64,000 bases of DNA from Octopus vulgaris (lineage: Eukaryota). The notes below the pieces were generated by a model that searched no databases, was not told where the DNA came from, and saw nothing but the letters and a program-made list of their open reading frames with translations. A program made the position numbers and the translations under genes. Shown here in pieces: positions 50,723-64,000 of the stretch. Within the stretch, counting starts at the first letter, position 1. Every line of letters starts with the position of its first letter. The stretch is taken from positions 40,486,001 to 40,550,000 of the forward strand of contig OX597836.1 in assembly GCA_951406725.2 (NCBI GenBank). Reading direction: 5' to 3'.

Positions 50723-51459
50723 AGTGGTGGTGGTGGTGGTGGTGATGATAATGATGATGATGATGGCGATGATGATGATGGCGATGATGATGATGATGAT
50801 GAGGAGGAGGAGGAGGAGGAGGAGGAGGACGGTGAAGATGACGATGATGATGATGATGATGATGACGACGACGATGATGATAATGATTATGATGAAGATG
50901 ATATTGATGATGATGATGATGATAATGACGACGATGACGATGAGGATGATGGTGATGATGATGATGATGATGATGATGATGGTTGATGATGATGATGATG
51001 ATGATGATGATGTTGATGATAATGATGACGACGACGGCGGCGGCGGCGGCGACGATGATAATAATGACTATGGTGATGAGCATAATGATGATGATGATGA
51101 TGGTGATGGTGAACGATGAAGATGATTATGATGATGATGATGACGACGACGACAACGACGACGACAACGACGACGACGACTACGGCGACGACGGCGGCAG
51201 CGATGCTGATAATCCCTGCTAATGAATGTATAATGATGACAATTTGACACTGACGTCATAACAGTAACACCATCACACCGATATCATATTGATGGCGATA
51301 ATTCTGTACTGTCCTATCGCCATATTGTTTGTTCGTCATCTTATTGTTGTTTTTGCTGTTGTATTTTTGTTGTTTCTGCTATTTCTGGTGGTTGCTGGTG
51401 TTTTGTTTTTGGTTTCTGTTGTTCTTGTAATTATCATGGTTATTCTCATTACTATTATT

Positions 51460-51519
<60 letters not shown>

Positions 51520-51563
51520 ATTATTATTATTATTATCATTATTATTATTATTATTATTGTTAC

Positions 51564-51596
<33 letters not shown>

Positions 51597-51622
51597 GATT
51601 ATTATTATTATTATTATCATCA

Positions 51623-51665
<43 letters not shown>

Positions 51666-51697
51666 CATTATTATTATTATTATCATCATTATTATTA

Positions 51698-51734
<37 letters not shown>

Positions 51735-51762
51735 CATCATCATCATTATTATTATTATTAAC

Positions 51763-51795
<33 letters not shown>

Positions 51796-51845
51796 CATCA
51801 TCATCATTATTATTATTATTAACCATTATTATTATTATTATTAAC

Positions 51846-51899
<54 letters not shown>

Positions 51900-51900
51900 G
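50365..51900. repeat. Trinucleotide microsatellite mosaic (GGT/GAT/GAC/ATT)
   Basis: Seen directly. Confidence 0.95.
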
Positions 51901-52171
51901 CTTGTTGTAATTTTATCAATTCCTCTTCGGTTGCTAAAAGAGAAAATTATAGCGAAACAGTGGACAAATATGGAACTTGGCCAAGCAAACATCAACAACA
52001 ACAGAAAGAATCTAATGAAACAGCCTCTCTGCGGCCACCCCATCTACTAGAAATAACAGCCTAATCTCCATCATATCGTATCTTAGTATCTTTAACGGGA
52101 AAAAAGGAATAACGTATTTAATAATACAAAAAAAGAATTGTTTATATTTATGTACACGTAGTTGTCTGTTT

Positions 52172-52355
52172 GTGGAGGCGCAATGGCCCAGTGGTTAGGG
52201 CAGCGGACACGCGGCCGGAGGATCGCGGTTTCGATTCCCAGACCGGGCGTTGTGTGAGTGTTATTGAGCGAAAACACCTAAAAGCTCCACGAGGCTCCGG
52301 CAGGGGATGGTGGCGACCCCTGTTGTACTCTTTCGCCACAACTTTCTCTCACTCC
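52172..52355 (+). mobile_element. SINE family A, 3'-truncated
   Basis: Head plus body. Confidence 0.85.
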
Positions 52356-52397
52356 CTCTTATTCGCGCTTATTATTATAGATTTCATGGTCCGGACA

Positions 52398-52814
52398 GTA
52401 AAGGCGCGTGGGTTAGTGGTTAGGATGTCAGCATCATGATCGTAATATTGCGGTTTCGATTCCTGGACCGGGCGACGCGTTGTGTGCTTGAGCCAGACGC
52501 TTTATTTCACGTTGCTTCAGTCCACTCAGCGGGCAAAAATGAGTAACGTTGCGATGGACTGGCGTCCCGTCCAGCTGGGGGACACATACGCCATTGAAAC
52601 CGGGAAACCTGGCCCATGAGCCTGGCTAGGCTTTAAAAGGGCTCATTTATTATATATACATACATATATATATATATATATATAAATGGAGTTAAGAGCA
52701 GGTGTTATTCAAATCTATTTACTTCCGACATATGTTTCGAAGAAAACATTGGTATTATTCTGGAAACCGGGCCCATGAGCCTGGCTACGCTTTAAAAGGG
52801 CGCATCTATTTATT
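52398..52814 (+). mobile_element. SINE family D with a duplicated tail, inside a 17-bp TSD
   Basis: ATTTCATGGTC(C/G)GGACA at 52381-52397 and 52815-52831. Confidence 0.8.
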
Positions 52815-53647
52815 ATTTCATGGTCGGGACACATTTTATTATAGATCTCCTGGGTTCATGCATGACACACAGTCAAACAACAACAACAACAACGGAAACG
52901 GCAACGGGTAACATAAGACCAGGATCTAATTCGTATTAACATGATCACACCAGAAAATATATTTAATCTCTTAATAATCAGCTTTAAAAAGAAATGTCTA
53001 GCCGCAACGAATCACGTAAATCCATCCTTAGAAGAAATAGAAGATGACAATAAGATAGCAATATGGAGTGTAATTTTTGAAAGAAAAAACGATATTTTTT
53101 TTTTCATTTTTTAATGAAACTAAATTTTTATAATCAGTATTTGATTTTAATAATTAGCAACAGGCTGCTATATTTAGATTGTATAATCTTACCATCTTGG
53201 GAACATCGCCGTTGGTTTGTTTGATTGAGATTTGCGTGAGGTTGTTTTTAATGGCGAATTTGTGTTTAAATATTTCACACTATCACCAATATGTGTGTGT
53301 ATGTGTATGTTTTTATGTCCACATCTTTGCACTCGTAACATACACATACGTGTGTGTGTATGTGTGTGTGCATATATACATACTTATATACATATATGTG
53401 TGTATATATTTATTTGTATGTATGTAGAAATTCAAAGTATACTCACGAGTAAAGTCATTGATATTTCGGTTTATTAAAGAGGGAAAAAAATACGATAGCT
53501 GTATCGAGGTATTTCGATTTGAGTCTCATGAGTATATTTTTCTATTCATACATCCTTCCATACATACATCCACGCACACACACACACTAACATACATAGA
53601 CGGACAGACAAACAGAGAGACAGACAAACAGACAGACAGACAGACAC

Positions 53648-53724
<77 letters not shown>

Positions 53725-53863
53725 AATATATATATTGAGAGAGGGGGACAGACAGAGAGAGACATACAGATATGTGCGTGTATATGTATATATATGCCTA
53801 CATATATGTAAATACATACGCACACGAATATATACATATATGTATACATAAGTACATATACGT

Positions 53864-53956
<93 letters not shown>

Positions 53957-54409
53957 TATACATACATGTGTGTGTGCATGCGTGCATGCGTGCGTGCATG
54001 CGTGCGTGTGTGTATTTACGTATGTAGCTTACTGCAAGCATACACACATACTCACCAATACATACTTCTGATCGTGCGTTGAATTTAAGCAACAAATCGC
54101 CATTAAACCAGCCTCACGCAAAATAAAATAAAACAAAAGCTCGCTCCCCAGATAGTTAGTTTATACAAACTAAATATAACTTTCCCGCTCCTAATTATTA
54201 TAATTCAAAACTGATCATTATTTTAGTCTCAGTTTTCTACTTGTTACCATCTATTTTATTTTTGGCTCCTGAGTTTCCAATTGGCAGCCATTTTATTTTC
54301 GCCTTTCCTGTACAAATATGTGCGTGTGTTTGTGTCTGTGTCTATGTGTGTGGTGTGTGTGTGCATATATATACATATATATATGCATGTGTGTGTGTAT
54401 ATATATATA

Positions 54410-54590
54410 GGGAGAATTCACAAAAAAAACAAAAGACGAACACATGTGGTGTAGACAACAAAGAGATGTATTAGTATAACGCTTGGGAAGTGAAAAAGTC
54501 TTTAACGTTTCGAGCCGACGCTCTTCCACAGAAAGGAAAACAGAAAGAAACAGGGAGAGAAATAAAGAATGTGTAGTGGCTAGCTATCTA
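54410..54590 (-). mobile_element. Short hammerhead-like element (motif 54498-54536), paralog of 817-1017
   Basis: cttt-CTGTGGA-A-GAGC gtcg GCTC-GAAA-CG-TT-aaag. Confidence 0.55.
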
Positions 54591-54741
54591 TATACACGCA
54601 CGCATATATTTGTGTGTATATATATCCGTATGTACATGTTTATATACTTGAACAGCTACCAAGCAAGATGGATAGACAAACGCGCAGACTGAAAGACAGA
54701 CAGATAGATTGAATGATTGATAGACAGATGTATACGTGTCA

Positions 54742-54776
<35 letters not shown>

Positions 54777-55024
54777 CATACATACATACATACATATACG
54801 TGTGTGTGTTTATATAAATGCATACATATACATACACAGAGAGAACAAAGGAGAGAGTATAATATAGTGTAGTATAGAAAGACTATTTTTCTTTTTTTAT
54901 GTAGGAATTATCTCTCTTGTTTAGCTCTGCAAGCTACTGATATTTGGAAAATGGTTTCTTGGGTCTATGCAGACGCGCACACATGCACTCTTACACATAC
55001 ACTCAACCATTTGGATATTTGTTT

Positions 55025-55220
55025 CAAATTTTGGTACACGGTCAGCAATTTCGAGAAGAGGTTATATCGACCCCAGTCCTCAAATGGTACTTATTTTATC
55101 GACCCTAAAGGAAAAAATGCAAAGTCGACCTCAGCAGAAATTGAACTCAGAATGTAAAGATGGAGGAAATGTCGCTAAGCATTTTGCCCGGCATGCTAAT
55201 GATTCTGCCAGCTCACCGCC
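55025..55220 (-). mobile_element. SINE family B, old copy
   Basis: Head GGCGGTGAGCTGGCAGAATC plus diverged body. Confidence 0.7.
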
Positions 55221-55479
55221 TAACGCATGCTAGATATCAAAAATTTAAGGGAAATAGGAAGACAGATGTGAGCTAGGAGAGTTAGGTTGGTTGAACGAGA
55301 AGAAGGATGGGCATTGGTGGAACGTCTTGAGAAAGAAATGAAAATCTAAATGGGTCGTGGGAAACATTAATCGAAAAGTTGCAATTATACTGTATGATGA
55401 TCTATAAATGAACTACGTGTATCTAAGGATAGGTTCGCAAGAGAACATTCTAGGTAAAGGTAAGGCCTATGGGAGGTCT

Positions 55480-56813
55480 CCAGTGTTTAAGTATGAATTT
55501 TCTATAATGCATACAAGGGTGGAGATCTCTGTACTTGCATTAAAATACAGGCTTGGTTTCTTCATGACTCTAAGGGTTATACATTTTCTATTGTACAAAG
55601 ATTGCATCTTTTGGTAGCATTCATCTATGATCTGAAATTTTTGATAATCTTCCAGCTAATTTCAAATTCTGTACCATTTTCTTTAAATTGCCGGTTGAAG
55701 CTTGCATGTTCTGTCATGTATGTTGGGGTTTTTTTTTCGATATTACTGAGTAATGCGCATACTTCGAAAGATGTAAGGGTTACCTTCTGCGTAACTATGA
55801 TGGTTGTTTAAAAATTTTTCATCATGGGCAGACGATGCAACCTGATGAATTTCCAAATCGTTGTTTGGATTCTGCGCTAGTAATTACAGTTGCACTTCTT
55901 TCCAGAAAATGTAATATATTTATGAACCTTTAGTAAACTTGCCCACATTTCTTATAGGGGTATTCTTTATTTTGGAGTTATCAACCCAAAATCACTATGG
56001 TCCGTTATTAGTAAAGAAGAACTGGAAGTACTCTGTTATTATTTAGTCGCGTGGTGATGGTTACTTTTATCTATTAATGTGAGGTGCTGTGTGGGGTGTA
56101 TTATGGAATTTCGTCGAGATAAGGGCAAAATCCATTCTTCAGGGTTAACCGGTTAACCTTTCTGCTAACTCCTCATTAAAATTCTTCAGTAAATTAACCA
56201 ACGAGAAAATATCCTTACGGATATCATGCTGAAATTAATCTTCATAATGGCTGGATTTGAAATAAAAAGTGGAAACCGAAGACCAGATCTGCTCCAGTGA
56301 TGTTGACATTATCGAAAAAAGCGCATCGCTTTTCTTTAGGGCTGGTGTAGCTAATGAATAATATTAAGTTTCTCCGAAAGACAAAGATCACAATACATCG
56401 ATCAATTCGTGAATGCTGGCGTTTTATCCAGTGTTATACAAGTAGTAGTTGTGGGGTTTTTTATCTCTCAATCACCAAATATATTTCGAAAATGTGGTGT
56501 TTTCGAGTGTGGCTGATATAATGAACTTTTGTGTTGACGTAGAATTCTTATGAATGAGCGTTCTGTTAATACAGTATATCTTGCCGATCCATTTTTAGTG
56601 GAGATCACCACTCGGTAAAGAACGCTTTTTTCTTCTTTTTTTTAAGCATTTTTCTTTCTTGTACGATAGCTCTATGTTACAGTATCTCCATATCGGTTCC
56701 TTTTGCACTTTGTCTGCAATAAATTTACATTGTGACTCATAGTGAGATATGACAATTTTTTACATACAACTATAGATTACCTTGATATTGTGTCTGGGAA
56801 ATAAAGCATATTC
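55480..56813 (-). pseudogene. Decayed Penelope-like element C-terminal region with two GIY-YIG endonuclease-like modules
   Basis: My translation. Module 1: LFPRHNIKVIYSCM, SVLYRVVISTKNGSARYTVLTERSF..QHKSS, ENTTFSKYIW*LRDK, CDLCLSEKLNII. Module 2: KKCNC, QFKENGTEFEISWKIIK..ATKRCNLCTIE, CMHYRKFIL. Confidence 0.7.
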
Positions 56814-56829
56814 AGCGACAAAGAAAAGC

Positions 56830-57214
56830 GAATAACAGCAGCAGGAACAATAACAACTAAAATACATTAATAAAAATAACAGCACCAGTAGACCATGCAG
56901 CAGCAACAACAACAACAGCAATAACAGTAACAATAATATTTTAAAATAGTAACACTAATAATAGTGACTGATTCGACAACAAAGTAATAGATAGTAACAA
57001 CAATACTAGCAACAACAAATACAATGAGAATAGTAATAACAGCAATGAAAGGAACAATGAAAGTAATAAGACCAACAACACTAACATCAACTACAATACC
57101 AACAGCAATATCAGTAACTATAGTAACAATAGTGACAACAACAACAACAACAACATCAATAGCAACAGCTATTATAGGAACAACAGAAAAAACCGTTGCT
57201 ACAACAACAACTAT

Positions 57215-57247
<33 letters not shown>

Positions 57248-57585
57248 GACCACTACTACTAATAACAGTAATAACAGTAACGGCAGCCAATGAAGCGACC
57301 ACAACAACAACAACAACAACAATCACATCGTCACCAACAACAACAATAAAAGTAACAGCCGCATCATCATCATCATCATCATCATCATCATTAATACAAC
57401 AACAACAACAATAACCAGAACGCTAACAACCACAGCAGCAACAACAACAATTGTAACATCATCATCATCATCATCATCATCATCAACAGCAACGGCATTA
57501 ACAACCACAGCAGCGACAACAGCAACAATAGTAACTACGACAACAACAGCAACGACGAGAACAACAGCAGCAGCAACCACGACAG
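56830..57585. repeat. (ACA)/(ACT)/(CAT) low-complexity tract
   Basis: Seen directly. Confidence 0.9.
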
Positions 57586-58056
57586 AAGAGGAAGTCCATA
57601 GAAATAAATCTATTGTCAGATGTAAAAAGGAAAAGAAATAAACGTTTAGTTTGGTTTAAGAATGTAAATGTTGCTCGCAGACATTTTCTCTCGTTCCAAC
57701 ATAGAATTCACTGAACAACAGTTTAGCACGGTTGTCATGGTAACCAACCAATGAAATTTGGCTCTGTAAAACCAAACAAAAGTAATCAATAAAATACATA
57801 TTAATGATTGCTTTCCACTAGTCACGTGAACCGTCACGTGACGTAGCCATGTCAGGCCTTCCGATATAACTGGTATTTTCCGTCTTTTATTTTTGTCAGT
57901 TTTTTTTTTCTCAATATCCTACCTCATCTTCTCTTCCTCGCCTACGCCTCGCCATCATAGACTGTGTCTGCTTATAATGTGTACGGCCGCGGATGTACAA
58001 TGCTCTGAATGTTTTCTACCAAGTGTTTGTAGAGAATGAACACAGGATTAAGTTTT

Positions 58057-58513
58057 TTAGTTAGTTAGTTAATTTTTTGGCTCAAAAAGCAAAAAGCAAG
58101 GCCATGTAGGGGGACATGGAGTTATGTACAGGGTGGTGTTCATGTAAAGAGTTCAGGCCACTTGTGGTCAAGGAAGACTTTGAACCGAGCGGTCGTCGGC
58201 ATCTTCACCATCTCGTCCGGCAGCTTATTCCACGGATCCGCAACCCGGACGGAGAAAGCCCCTCTCCTTCGATTGAGATGAAATCGTCGCAGATAGAGCT
58301 TTTCGGAATGACCCAACAGCCGACGCTCTGGAACAGGAGTGAAGAACAGCTCTTTCGAGAGGTTACACTTTCCGCTTATGATGTGAGCAAGAATGAGATC
58401 ACTACGGCGTCGTCGTTTTTCTAGAGAATAAAGGTCGAGCGTCTTGAGCCTTTCTTCATAAGACAAATTCTTGAGACCAAGAACCATGCGGGTAGCCAGC
58501 TTCTGGACTCTTT
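58057..58513 (-). mobile_element. CR1-clade LINE 3' end, same family as 16961-17439
   Basis: ORF 58140-58487 nearly identical; (TAAC)n tail; TTAAGTTT repeated on both sides. Confidence 0.9.
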
Positions 58514-58525
58514 AAGTTTATAAAT

Positions 58526-58602
<77 letters not shown>

Positions 58603-58603
58603 G

Positions 58604-59808
58604 CAGGTGTTGGACAAAATAATGAAAACGCCTTAAAATTTCAAACAAATATATTTTAATATGGATTAGGACCGCCTTTGGCAGTAATTACGCCTTGAAT
58701 TCTACGAGGTATAGATTCGTAAAAGTTTGAATTGTTTCCCAACGAATTTCTGTACATTCTTCAGCTAAAACAGTCTCCAGTTCTTGTAGTGGTGATGGAA
58801 GAGGATATCGACTCCTTACATGTTTTCCTAAAATGCACCATAAATGTTCAATAATATTGAGATTTGGGGACTATGGTGGCCAGATAACATGTTCCACTTC
58901 ACTAGAATGTTCCTCGTAAAAATTTTAGCTGTGTGTGTTGGGGCATTATCGTTCTGAAAGATTACGTTTCCCTCCGGAAATATTTGATTAGATAAAATGC
59001 TTAAATAATCTTGTCTATTAATTCTACCATAAAGGGAAACCATTGGGTCGACGGATTTCCAAGATATAACCCAACCAGATCATCACAGATTCTCGTACAT
59101 GTTTAAAAGTTGGAAGAAAGCAGTCTGGCTCTAATGCTTCTTTTGGCTATCTCCACACGTATACTCGGCCGGTGGTCGGAAATAAGGTAAAGGATGACTC
59201 GTCCGAGAAAACAACATTCTTCCACTGCTCTAGGGACCAGTTCAGTAGGTTTTTACTCCACTCTAAATGCTTTGCAACGTTTGTTTTTGAAAGTAGTAGG
59301 TTTCTGATTGCAGCCCACCCGTGAAATCCGGCTTTTTGCAGCTCCCAGTGAACAGTTTTTGTGGAATCTGAGTTCTCGAGGTGGTCATTAAACTCTGCTG
59401 TACTTTTGTGATCCTTTCTAATAATTCGCGTAAGATTCTAATGGTCCCTATCTGAAAGTTTTTGTTTTCTTCCAGAGTTTTGCTTCGACGGGGAGGTTTT
59501 TTTTACCTCTTTTAGAAAGGCTGTCATTACTTTCGAGACAGTACTTCTTGATACACCAAACATTTCAGCTGCTATCGTTATGCTAGCGCCTGCCATACGA
59601 GCACCAACAATTTGACATCTTTGAAATTTGATAGATCTGTCATTTTAATTAATATTAATATCAGAAACAGCAGTTTTAGCAATACATATTAAGCAACACT
59701 AATAATAAATCAAAAAACAAAAATAAACAAGCTTTTAACGGTTTTATAGATATTTCAAAATTATGATGCTATGATGCTAGGTGTTTCCATTATTTTGTCC
59801 AACCCCTG
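58604..59808 (-). mobile_element. Full-length inactive Tc1 transposon
   Basis: 29-bp TIRs CAGG(T/G)GTTGGACAAAATAATG(A/G)AAAC(G/A)CC. Confidence 0.9.
58656..59643 (-). pseudogene. Tc1 DDE transposase pseudogene
   Basis: MTDLSNF..IVGARMAGASITIAAEMFGVSRSTVSKV; WKNVVFSDESSFTLF; FQNDNAPTHTAK; LNIIEHLW; KGGPNPY*; frameshifted. Confidence 0.9.
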
Positions 59809-59816
59809 TGTATGCA

Positions 59817-59854
<38 letters not shown>

Positions 59855-59855
<1 letters not shown>

Positions 59856-60212
59856 TTACTAGTTTCTGTCATTTCACTGCAGCCATGCTGGAGCACCACC
59901 TTTAATCGAACAAATCGACCCCAGGACATATTCTTTGTAAGCCTAGTACTTATTCTGTCGTCCACTTTTGCTGAACCGCTAAGTGACGGGGGCGTAAACA
60001 CACCAACATCGGTTTTCAAGTGATGGTGGGGGGGGACAAACACAGACACAAATAACAAATACATACATATACATATATGTATACGACGAGCTTCTTTCAG
60101 TTTCCGTCTACCAAATCTACTCACAAGGTTTTGGTCGGCCCGTGGCTAAAGTAGAAGACACTTGCCCAAGGTGCCACGCAGTGGGACTGAACCCGGAACC
60201 ATGTGGCTAGGA
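59855..60212 (-). mobile_element. SINE family C
   Basis: Matches the family. Confidence 0.85.
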
Positions 60213-60354
60213 AACACATCGTAACAAGTCCATGCCAGTCGTATTTGTATCCATAATGTTGATGATATCAGGTAGGTGCAGGCGGTGCCCGTGCTTTAAT
60301 CAGCATACTACCAGGTGTATACCCACGTGTAAAATAATTACCCACATTCTAAGA

Positions 60355-61006
60355 TATACATACATATACATAAACATGCGTACGAGCATATATACATAAA
60401 CGCATAATATATATAAATAAATACATATACATACATATACAGATACACATACATAACATACATGCATACATACATGCATGCATACATCCATACATACCTC
60501 CATCAAAATATACATACATACCTCCATCAATATATACATACATACATACATGCATACATACATGCATACATACATATATACATATATACATATATACATA
60601 CATACATACATACATACATACATACATACATACATACATGCATACATCCATGCATACATACATACATACACACATACATACTTCCATACGTGCATACATC
60701 CATACATCCATCCATCCATACATACATACATATATACATATATATACATACATACATACATGCATACATACATACACATAGTCACACACTCACATACATA
60801 CATACATACATACACACATACATCCATACATCCATCCATCCATCCATCCATCCATCCATACATACATACATACATACATACATACATACATACATACATC
60901 CATCCATCCATCCATACATACATACATACATACATACATTCATACATACATACATACATACATACATACATACACCCATACATCCATCCATCCATACATA
61001 CATACA

Positions 61007-61042
<36 letters not shown>

Positions 61043-61140
61043 TATACATATATACATACATACGTACGTACGGACGTACATGCATACATGCATACATACA
61101 TACATACATACATACATACATACATACATACATACATACA
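60355..61140. repeat. (CATA)n/(CATC)n microsatellite
   Basis: Seen directly. Confidence 0.95.
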
Positions 61141-61303
61141 AAGCTTTACAACCTAATAGGCTGCACCTACTGGTTTGTACAATCGAAATGTTCTCTGTAT
61201 TAATAAATGTATATAATTCTGTATTCCATTGTATTGAATGCCATTCTTTCGTGAATGGTCTCCATAATCACTGGATTACAAGTCATATATATGTACTAGT
61301 GTA

Positions 61304-61379
<76 letters not shown>

Positions 61380-61595
61380 CACACACATATATATATACAT
61401 ACATACGTACGTATATACATACATGCACACAAGCATATATGCATGCATACATGCATACATATACACATGCATACATACATGCATACATACATACATGTAT
61501 ACGTGCACTGCTGTGTATATATATATATATATATTTATATACACATATATGCGTGTGTAAACACACAAGGACATTCCTATATGACAGACCGACCA

Positions 61596-61602
61596 GTAGA
61601 TG

Positions 61603-61687
<85 letters not shown>

Positions 61688-62002
61688 TTTCTTTATTGGC
61701 CACACAGGGCTGCACACAGATGGGACAAGTTACAAGGTAGAGCTTTTCTTTTGGGGGATGAAAAAAAAAGGTGGCGTAGGTTTTCGATCAAAAGGGATCG
61801 TAAAAGGGGGAAAAAAGGAAAAGAAAAAAGAAAAAGGGAAAGGAACAAAAGAAAAGAGAAACGAAAAAAGAAGAAAAAAGAGGTAAAAAAAGGGGAAGAG
61901 GGAAAAAAACGATCAATAGGGATCGTGCATCACAGTGGCATGATGTATGGTGTAAAGGGGAAAGCAAGTAAGGTTTATCCGTGGGAAGAAAAGCCTACAG
62001 AC

Positions 62003-62086
<84 letters not shown>

Positions 62087-62132
62087 GGATGGATAGATGG
62101 ATGGATGGATGGATAGATGGATAGATAGATAT

Positions 62133-62202
<70 letters not shown>
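61596..62202. repeat. Two (GATA)n tracts around a purine-rich insert
   Basis: Seen directly. Confidence 0.85.
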
Positions 62203-62203
<1 letters not shown>

Positions 62204-62581
62204 TATTTGATCACCGATGCACACCTTTTATTGCAAACACAAACATACGCACTCACGCATTACTCACACACATATACGCACGTTCTACTATCTACGTACA
62301 CACGCACGCATATACACACCAGCACCTAATCCCACGCGCACATGCACACATGCAAAAGACAATAACCCCGCACACGCCTGTGCACTCAGCCCTTTGGGAG
62401 TGCCAGAGTAGAATGACAAGAGAAAATAAACAGTAGAATAATAAGCTACATCATTAAAGCTATGACGTGTGATGACACGTCACCACAGCTACTGCCTATG
62501 ACGTCATAGCTAGTTATAGAAGTCAATGCTTCGATATTACACTGCTACGCCATATCGGTTTGGTCACTTCTCTTTTGCAGC

Positions 62582-62672
<91 letters not shown>

Positions 62673-62986
62673 CACATGCAGTTACACACACATATATACA
62701 TACACACATACAAAGACGCACACATACACACACGCACACACAGACACAAACACAAACACACATATATCCATATATATATGTATATTATATATATATGCAT
62801 ATATGTGTGTGTGTGTGTATGTGTATATATGTGTGTGTATGTATATATATATATATATGTATGTGTGTGTATGTATGTATGTGTGTATGTATGTATGGCT
62901 GTGCATATATGTAAGTATATGTGTATGTGTATCTGTGTCTACCTATGCATGGATATATAGATAGAATGATAGATAGATAGATAGAT

Positions 62987-63085
<99 letters not shown>

Positions 63086-63503
63086 GATACATACATACAT
63101 ACATACATACATACATAGATTGATATAGGCTTGATCGAGCAGAGGAAGATCGCGGAAGGTGATAGAGAGAGACAGAGAAAGAGAGTGAGACCGGGAGAGA
63201 GTGAGACCGAGAGAGAGTGAGACAAAGAGAGAGAGTCAAAGAGAGAGAGAGAGAGAGAGAGAGAGATAATGACGATGTTTCGCAGTGTCATCCCGCTTTT
63301 TTACCGGACTCTGCAGGAAGAATGATGTCGTTGATAATTGTTACTTTTGGTGTTTTTCCTTCTCGTAATTGTTGCTCTCCTTGTTTTTCTCTCCTGCCTC
63401 TTCTGTCTTCTGAATTTTCTCTGCAATCTTCTGTCTTCAAATCTTTAAGTCTTCAATCCTTGTCTTTTCCCTTCTGTCTTCTCTGCTTTTACGGAATTCT
63501 CAC

Positions 63504-63568
<65 letters not shown>

Positions 63569-63599
63569 GTCTTCGTCTCTTGTTTTCTATCTTCTCTTT

Positions 63600-64000
63600 T
63601 AATCTCGTCTTCTTCTCCGTGTTATTGATGTTCGACTTCTTTTCCTTCTCTTTCTTCTACTATATTTCTTTTTCCTTCTTCTTCTTCTTTCATCTTCTTC
63701 TTCTTCTTCTTCTTCTTCTTCTTCTTCTTCTTCTTCTTCTTCTTCTTCTTCTTCTTTCTTCTTCTTTTTCTTCTTCTTCTTTTTCTTCTTCATCTTCATC
63801 TTCTTTTTCTTCTTTTTCTACTTCTTCCTCTTGTTTTTCATCTTGTTTTTCTTCTTCTTCTTCTTTTTCTTCTTCTTTTTCTTCTTCTTCTTCTTCTCTT
63901 TCTTCTTCTTCTTCTTCTTTTTCTTCTTCTTTTTCATCTTCTTCTTCTTCTTCTCTTTCTTCTTCTTTTACTTCTTCATCTTCATCTTCTTTTTCTCTTT
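63600..64000. repeat. (CTT)n-type microsatellite
   Basis: Seen directly. Confidence 0.95.

Noticed and set aside
50541-51822. Poly-His, poly-Met, poly-Ile and poly-Asn ORFs
   Set aside because: Trinucleotide repeat mosaic with no unique coding sequence or splice context.

Overview
AT-rich, repeat-saturated animal DNA. The SINE set and microsatellite load look like an octopod cephalopod (Octopus); this is an inference from recollection, not a search. I find no intact host protein-coding gene, and almost all ORFs in the track are translations of microsatellites. The window holds: (i) dozens of tRNA-headed SINEs of five related families (my labels A-E), some in head-less tandem arrays; (ii) decayed LINE fragments (CR1 x3, RTE x2, R4/Dong-like); (iii) DNA transposons (a full-length dead Tc1, mariner and TRT-like fragments, two MITEs, two Helitron copies); (iv) a decayed Penelope-like region with two successive GIY-YIG endonuclease-like modules; (v) about a dozen type I hammerhead-ribozyme motifs, mostly in short islands between (TA)n tracts. 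One hammerhead (25373-25422) is essentially canonical. The hammerhead/Penelope system is the most interesting signal. Coordinates were counted by eye and element ends may be off by several bases.
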